Assembly: GCA_963813155.1 (NCBI GenBank)
Contig: CAWEYG010000001.1
Coordinates: 224,001 to 288,000, forward strand
Reading direction: 5' to 3'
From: an uncultured Acidobacteriota bacterium
GTDB lineage: Bacteria > Acidobacteriota > Thermoanaerobaculia > UBA5066 > DATFVB01
Length of the DNA stretch: 64,000 bases
The notes below the pieces were generated by a model, which made no database searches, had not been told where the DNA came from, and saw only the letters and a program-made list of their open reading frames with translations. Of the stretch, positions 60,465-64,000 are shown one piece after another (position 1 is the first letter of the stretch; each line of letters opens with the position of its first letter). Position numbers and translations under genes: made by a program.

Positions 60465-60969
60465 TCACAGCAACCTTCCTATTCCGTAGGTGAGCGCGCC
60501 CGCGAGAACTCCCGCGGCCACGTCGTCCAGCATGATCCCCCACCCGCCCGGCAAGTCCTGGAGCTTCCGGATCGGTCCCGGCTTCCAGATGTCGAAGAGG
60601 CGGAAGAGAACGAAGGAGGCGAGCCAGAGCCCGGCCGCGTTGTGAAACTGAGGAAGCGCGCAGGGAGCGCTCGCCAGCAATTGACCGGCGACCTCGTCGA
60701 TCACGATCGGGCCGGGGTCTTTCGCCGCCGCCACGGACTCGGATCGGCCCGACCAGTAGACACCCAGGAAAAACACGCCGAGGGCCTTCGCGAGAATCCA
60801 GAGAAACCCTTGCTCGAACCGCGCATTGATGCACGCCGCGATCGCGAGGCCTTCCAGCGCTCCCCCACGTCCCCGGCGCGAACGGGATCATTCCGATGCC
60901 GCAGCCGGTCGCGAAAAACGTGGAAATCGGGCGCTCCTTCCACGCCCGGGACATGTCCGTTCTTGACAT
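60465..60969 (-). CDS. pgpA: Phosphatidylglycerophosphatase A (frameshifted)
   Basis: ATGCGIGMIPFAPGTWGS, DPGPIVIDEVAG, FRLFDIWKP, GGWGIMLDDVAAG. Confidence 0.9.
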
Positions 60970-61027
60970 CAGGCGGAGCGAGGCGTAAAAAGACTCGTCC
61001 TCATCCGCAAAATCCTACACTGAACGT

Positions 61028-61085
61028 TCGCGCAAAATGCGCGACCAGGCCGCGCGTTCGCCGTTCTATAATGTCGGCGAACACG
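61028..61085 (+). promoter_or_regulatory. recA promoter: TATAAT enclosed by an inverted repeat
   Basis: GTTCGCCG-ttcTATAATgt-CGGCGAAC (61056-61082) and TCGCGCA-aaa-TGCGCGA (61028-61044). Confidence 0.55.
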
Positions 61086-61099
61086 TGAAGGAGGAAGAC

Positions 61100-62191
61100 A
61101 TGGCACAGATCAAACCGGTCCCCGGCTCCCCCGCAAACCCCGTTCTCACCGAAAAGATGCGCGCGATCGAAACGGCGCTCAGCCAGATCGACCGCCAGTA
61201 CGGCAAGGGCGCGATCATGCGCCTCGGCGACCATCCCCCCGTGCTGATCTCCGTGATCCCGACCGGCTCGATCGCGGTCGACGCCGCGCTCGGCGTCGGC
61301 GGCGTGCCGCGCGGGCGCGTCGTGGAGATCTTCGGCCCGGAATCGTCCGGAAAAACGACCCTTTCGCTCCAGATCGTCGCCCAGGCGCAGAAGCGCGGCG
61401 GCATCGCCGCCTTCATCGACGCGGAGCACGCGATGGACGCCGAGTACGCGAAGAAGCTCGGAGTCGACACCGACAACCTCTTCGTCTCGCAGCCCGACTC
61501 CGGAGAGCAGGCGCTCGAGATCACCGAGATGCTGATCCGCTCCGGAGCGATCGACGTCGTCGTGATCGACTCGGTCGCGGCGCTCGTTCCGAAGGCCGAG
61601 CTCGAAGGCGAGATGGGCGAGGCTCAGATGGGGCTTCAGGCGCGGTTGATGTCGCAGGCCCTTCGAAAGTTGACCGCGATCGTCTCGAAGTCGAACACGT
61701 GCCTGATCTTCATCAACCAGATCCGCGAGAAGATCGGCGTGATGTTCGGCAACCCCGAGACGACGACCGGCGGCCGCGCGCTCAAGTTCTATTCCTCCGT
61801 CCGCATCGACATTCGCCGCATCGCCTCGATCAAAGACGGCGAGACCGTCGTCGGGTCGCGAACGAAGGTCAAGATCGTCAAGAACAAGGTCGCTTCGCCT
61901 TTCCGGCAGGCGGAGTTCGACATCAACTACGGAGAAGGAATCTCCCGCGGCGGCGAGCTCCTCGATCTCGGAACGGAGGCGAAACTCGTCGAGAAATCGG
62001 GATCGTGGCTTTCGTACGGCGATCTGCGAATCGGCCAGGGACGGGAGAATGCGAAGCAGTTCCTGAAGGAGAATCCGGACATCGCCACCGAGCTCGAGAA
62101 AAAGATTCGCGAGCACCTCGGTCTCTCGCCCCTTCCCCCGGCCCTCGCGCCGGCGCCCGAACCGGCGGACAAGGACGCAAAAAAGAAATAA
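61100..62191 (+). CDS. recA: Recombinase RecA
   Basis: [41 protein letters not shown]; SD AAGGAGG. Confidence 0.98.
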   Translation: MAQIKPVPGSPANPVLTEKMRAIETALSQIDRQYGKGAIMRLGDHPPVLISVIPTGSIAVDAALGVGGVPRGRVVEIFGPESSGKTTLSLQIVAQAQKRGGIAAFIDAEHAMDAEYAKKLGVDTDNLFVSQPDSGEQALEITEMLIRSGAIDVVVIDSVAALVPKAELEGEMGEAQMGLQARLMSQALRKLTAIVSKSNTCLIFINQIREKIGVMFGNPETTTGGRALKFYSSVRIDIRRIASIKDGETVVGSRTKVKIVKNKVASPFRQAEFDINYGEGISRGGELLDLGTEAKLVEKSGSWLSYGDLRIGQGRENAKQFLKENPDIATELEKKIREHLGLSPLPPALAPAPEPADKDAKKK

Positions 62192-62242
62192 ACGCCGGAG
62201 CCCCCTTGTTCGTAATAACCATTGAGATCTCCTCAGTTCTCA

Positions 62243-62272
62243 GCCCCGCGGCCGAAAGGCCGCGGGGTTTTT
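62243..62272 (+). terminator. Rho-independent terminator after recA
   Basis: CCCCGCGGCC-gaaa-GGCCGCGGGG-TTTTT. Confidence 0.9.
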
Positions 62273-62335
62273 CGTTTTCGGGAAGGTGCTGAAAAGACTA
62301 GGGAATCGGCGCAAATTCTGAAAAGATGGGCTCAG

Positions 62336-64000
62336 ATGGCTCGCGCTCGTCCAAGAATCCTCGCCCTCGCGATCCTGAGCCTTCTCTTCCACCTTCCCCG
62401 GCCGGCCGGCGCGCAACCGATACGGGTGGGCGTGTTCGTCTCCGGGCCGGCCCGGTGGTCGGTCCCGGCGGGCAAGAACGCCCCGATGGCCGCGATTCCC
62501 GTGTCGTGGCCTCTTCCCGCCGATCCCCCCGGCTCTCCCGCCCTCGATCCCGGTCCTTCTCGAGATCCGTCTCTCCGATCCTGCGTCCGATGTCGGCGAT
62601 GCCGACCTCGACCGGTTCGTCGGCCTTCTCAAGGAGCACTCGAACGTCGAGTTCGTTTCGATCGGAAGTTTCGCTTCTCCGGACGACGAGAAACGCTGGG
62701 CCTATCTCGCGAAGCGAATCGGATCGGCCGCCCGCGGCGCCCGGCCGGCGATCAAGGTCGGCCTCGCCACCGAATCCGATTCTCCGGGGACGGGGACGCT
62801 GCTTCGGGCTCTCGCGGAAGATTCGGAAGCGGCGCCGTATTTCGACGCGTTCCTCCTCGAGGGCGCCGCGAAGGGGCTCGCGGCGGGCATCCCGACGGCC
62901 GCTCCCGGGGTAGGAGCTCTGGTGCGCGACGGGAACCGGCGCGGATTCGGCGGAGAGCGCGCTGGACCGGCTGATCGGCTCGTTCTCCGAGCTCCGGGGC
63001 GCCATCGTTCTGCTCGCCCGAAGCGCCGAGCCGGCGGCCCTCTTCGAGACCGAGACGCGGGTGCAGGCGTACTTCACCGACGACGTCTCGCGGGAGCCCG
63101 CTTCCGCCGCCGCGGTTCGCCCGGACGGTTCGACCGTTCCGGTCGCAAGCTTCTTCCGGGCAAAGGACCTGTCGCCGATCCGTTTCCTCGAAAAGGGACC
63201 CGCCACGGAGACTCTCGACTTCGGCGCGGGAAGTTATCAAACGGCGCGCGTTCAGAACCTCTCCAACGGCGCCCGCCGCAACTTCGAGATCCCTCCCGGC
63301 GCAAAATCGCTCGCGCTCGACACGACCCGGGGCGCCCTCGCGGTCGAGCTCGTCCCCTCTGCGCCGCGTTCCGGCGAAACCCGCTCCCAGGTCACCGTCG
63401 GCGGGCAACACTCGCTGACGGCCGAAGAGGTCATCGCGAAGGAGCGCGCCTGGAAGGCGGCCCAGGACGATCTCGTGAAGTCGTACGCGGCCGATCTCAC
63501 GACGTCGCTTCGATTCCGCGTCGCGGAGGTCAACGAAACCTTCGATCTGACGATCCAGGGGCCGCTCTTCAAACAGAGGGGACAGGATTTCGACTGGGCG
63601 TGGAACGAGTTCTTTGTCAACGGGATCCGGTGGAAAGGAAAGACGCTTCCGAAGATCCCCATCCTTCAGCCGGAGAAAGTCACGACACTTCCTCTCGAAA
63701 TCGAGCTCACGGAAGACTACGTGTACTCGCTCGCCGGGCGGACCGTCATCGACGGCCGCTCCGCGTACGAAATCGACTTCTCGCCGAAGTCCGGAACGGG
63801 TGAGAAGCCGATGTACAAGGGAAGGGCCTGGATCGACGATCAGACGTTCGCGCTGCTGCGCCGCCGCTCGGTTCAGCAGAACCTGAAGGGTGAGACGCTT
63901 TCCAACGTCGAGACGGAATTTTACCGGCCGGTGCCCGGGGGCAACGGCGCCGTCCTTCCGATCGAGATCAAGGGCGAAGAGGTCTTCTCGACCGCCGGAC
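62336..64000 (+). CDS. Large secreted protein with a probable LolA/RseB-like beta domain; frameshifted near 62550 and 62910, truncated by the window edge
   Basis: Signal peptide MARARPRILALAILSLLFHLPRPAGA; the final open frame reads ...AYEIDFSPK...YKGRAWIDDQTFALLR... Confidence 0.6.

Overview
High-GC chromosomal window, most likely from an Acidobacteriota (Thermoanaerobaculia-like) genome; this is inferred from the acidobacterial-type VWA protein, DUF4388 proteins, kinase-TPR protein and typical secreted proteins. It holds about 52 genes. I found no rRNA, tRNA, CRISPR array, transposase, integrase or reverse transcriptase. About nine genes, including murA, are broken by single-base indels, which points to assembly or long-read errors rather than real pseudogenes. 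The left 15 kb is a candidate surface-layer plus glycan-export locus: wzm and wzt are split by an FG-GAP lipoprotein, a putative major surface protein and a large PKD/polyproline protein, followed by a methyltransferase and a GT4, with a divergent XRE-TPR-secreted protein trio. The middle holds housekeeping and signalling genes: a sigma54 two-component pair, an FHA-PP2C phosphatase, rpmE-prfA-prmC-kinase-murA, nth, an ECF sigma with an anti-sigma-TonB fusion, methylmalonyl-CoA mutase and dnaK-hsp20-hspR. The right part is an envelope operon, pgpA-murB-manC-moxR-DUF58-transglutaminase::EnvC fusion-CtpA-like protein lacking its catalytic residues-YibQ, followed by recA. The best candidates for undescribed biology are the transglutaminase::EnvC fusion with its pseudo-protease, the surface-glycoprotein locus, the anti-sigma-TonB fusion and the many leaderless-type promoters. 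All family assignments come from motif recognition by eye, without database searches.
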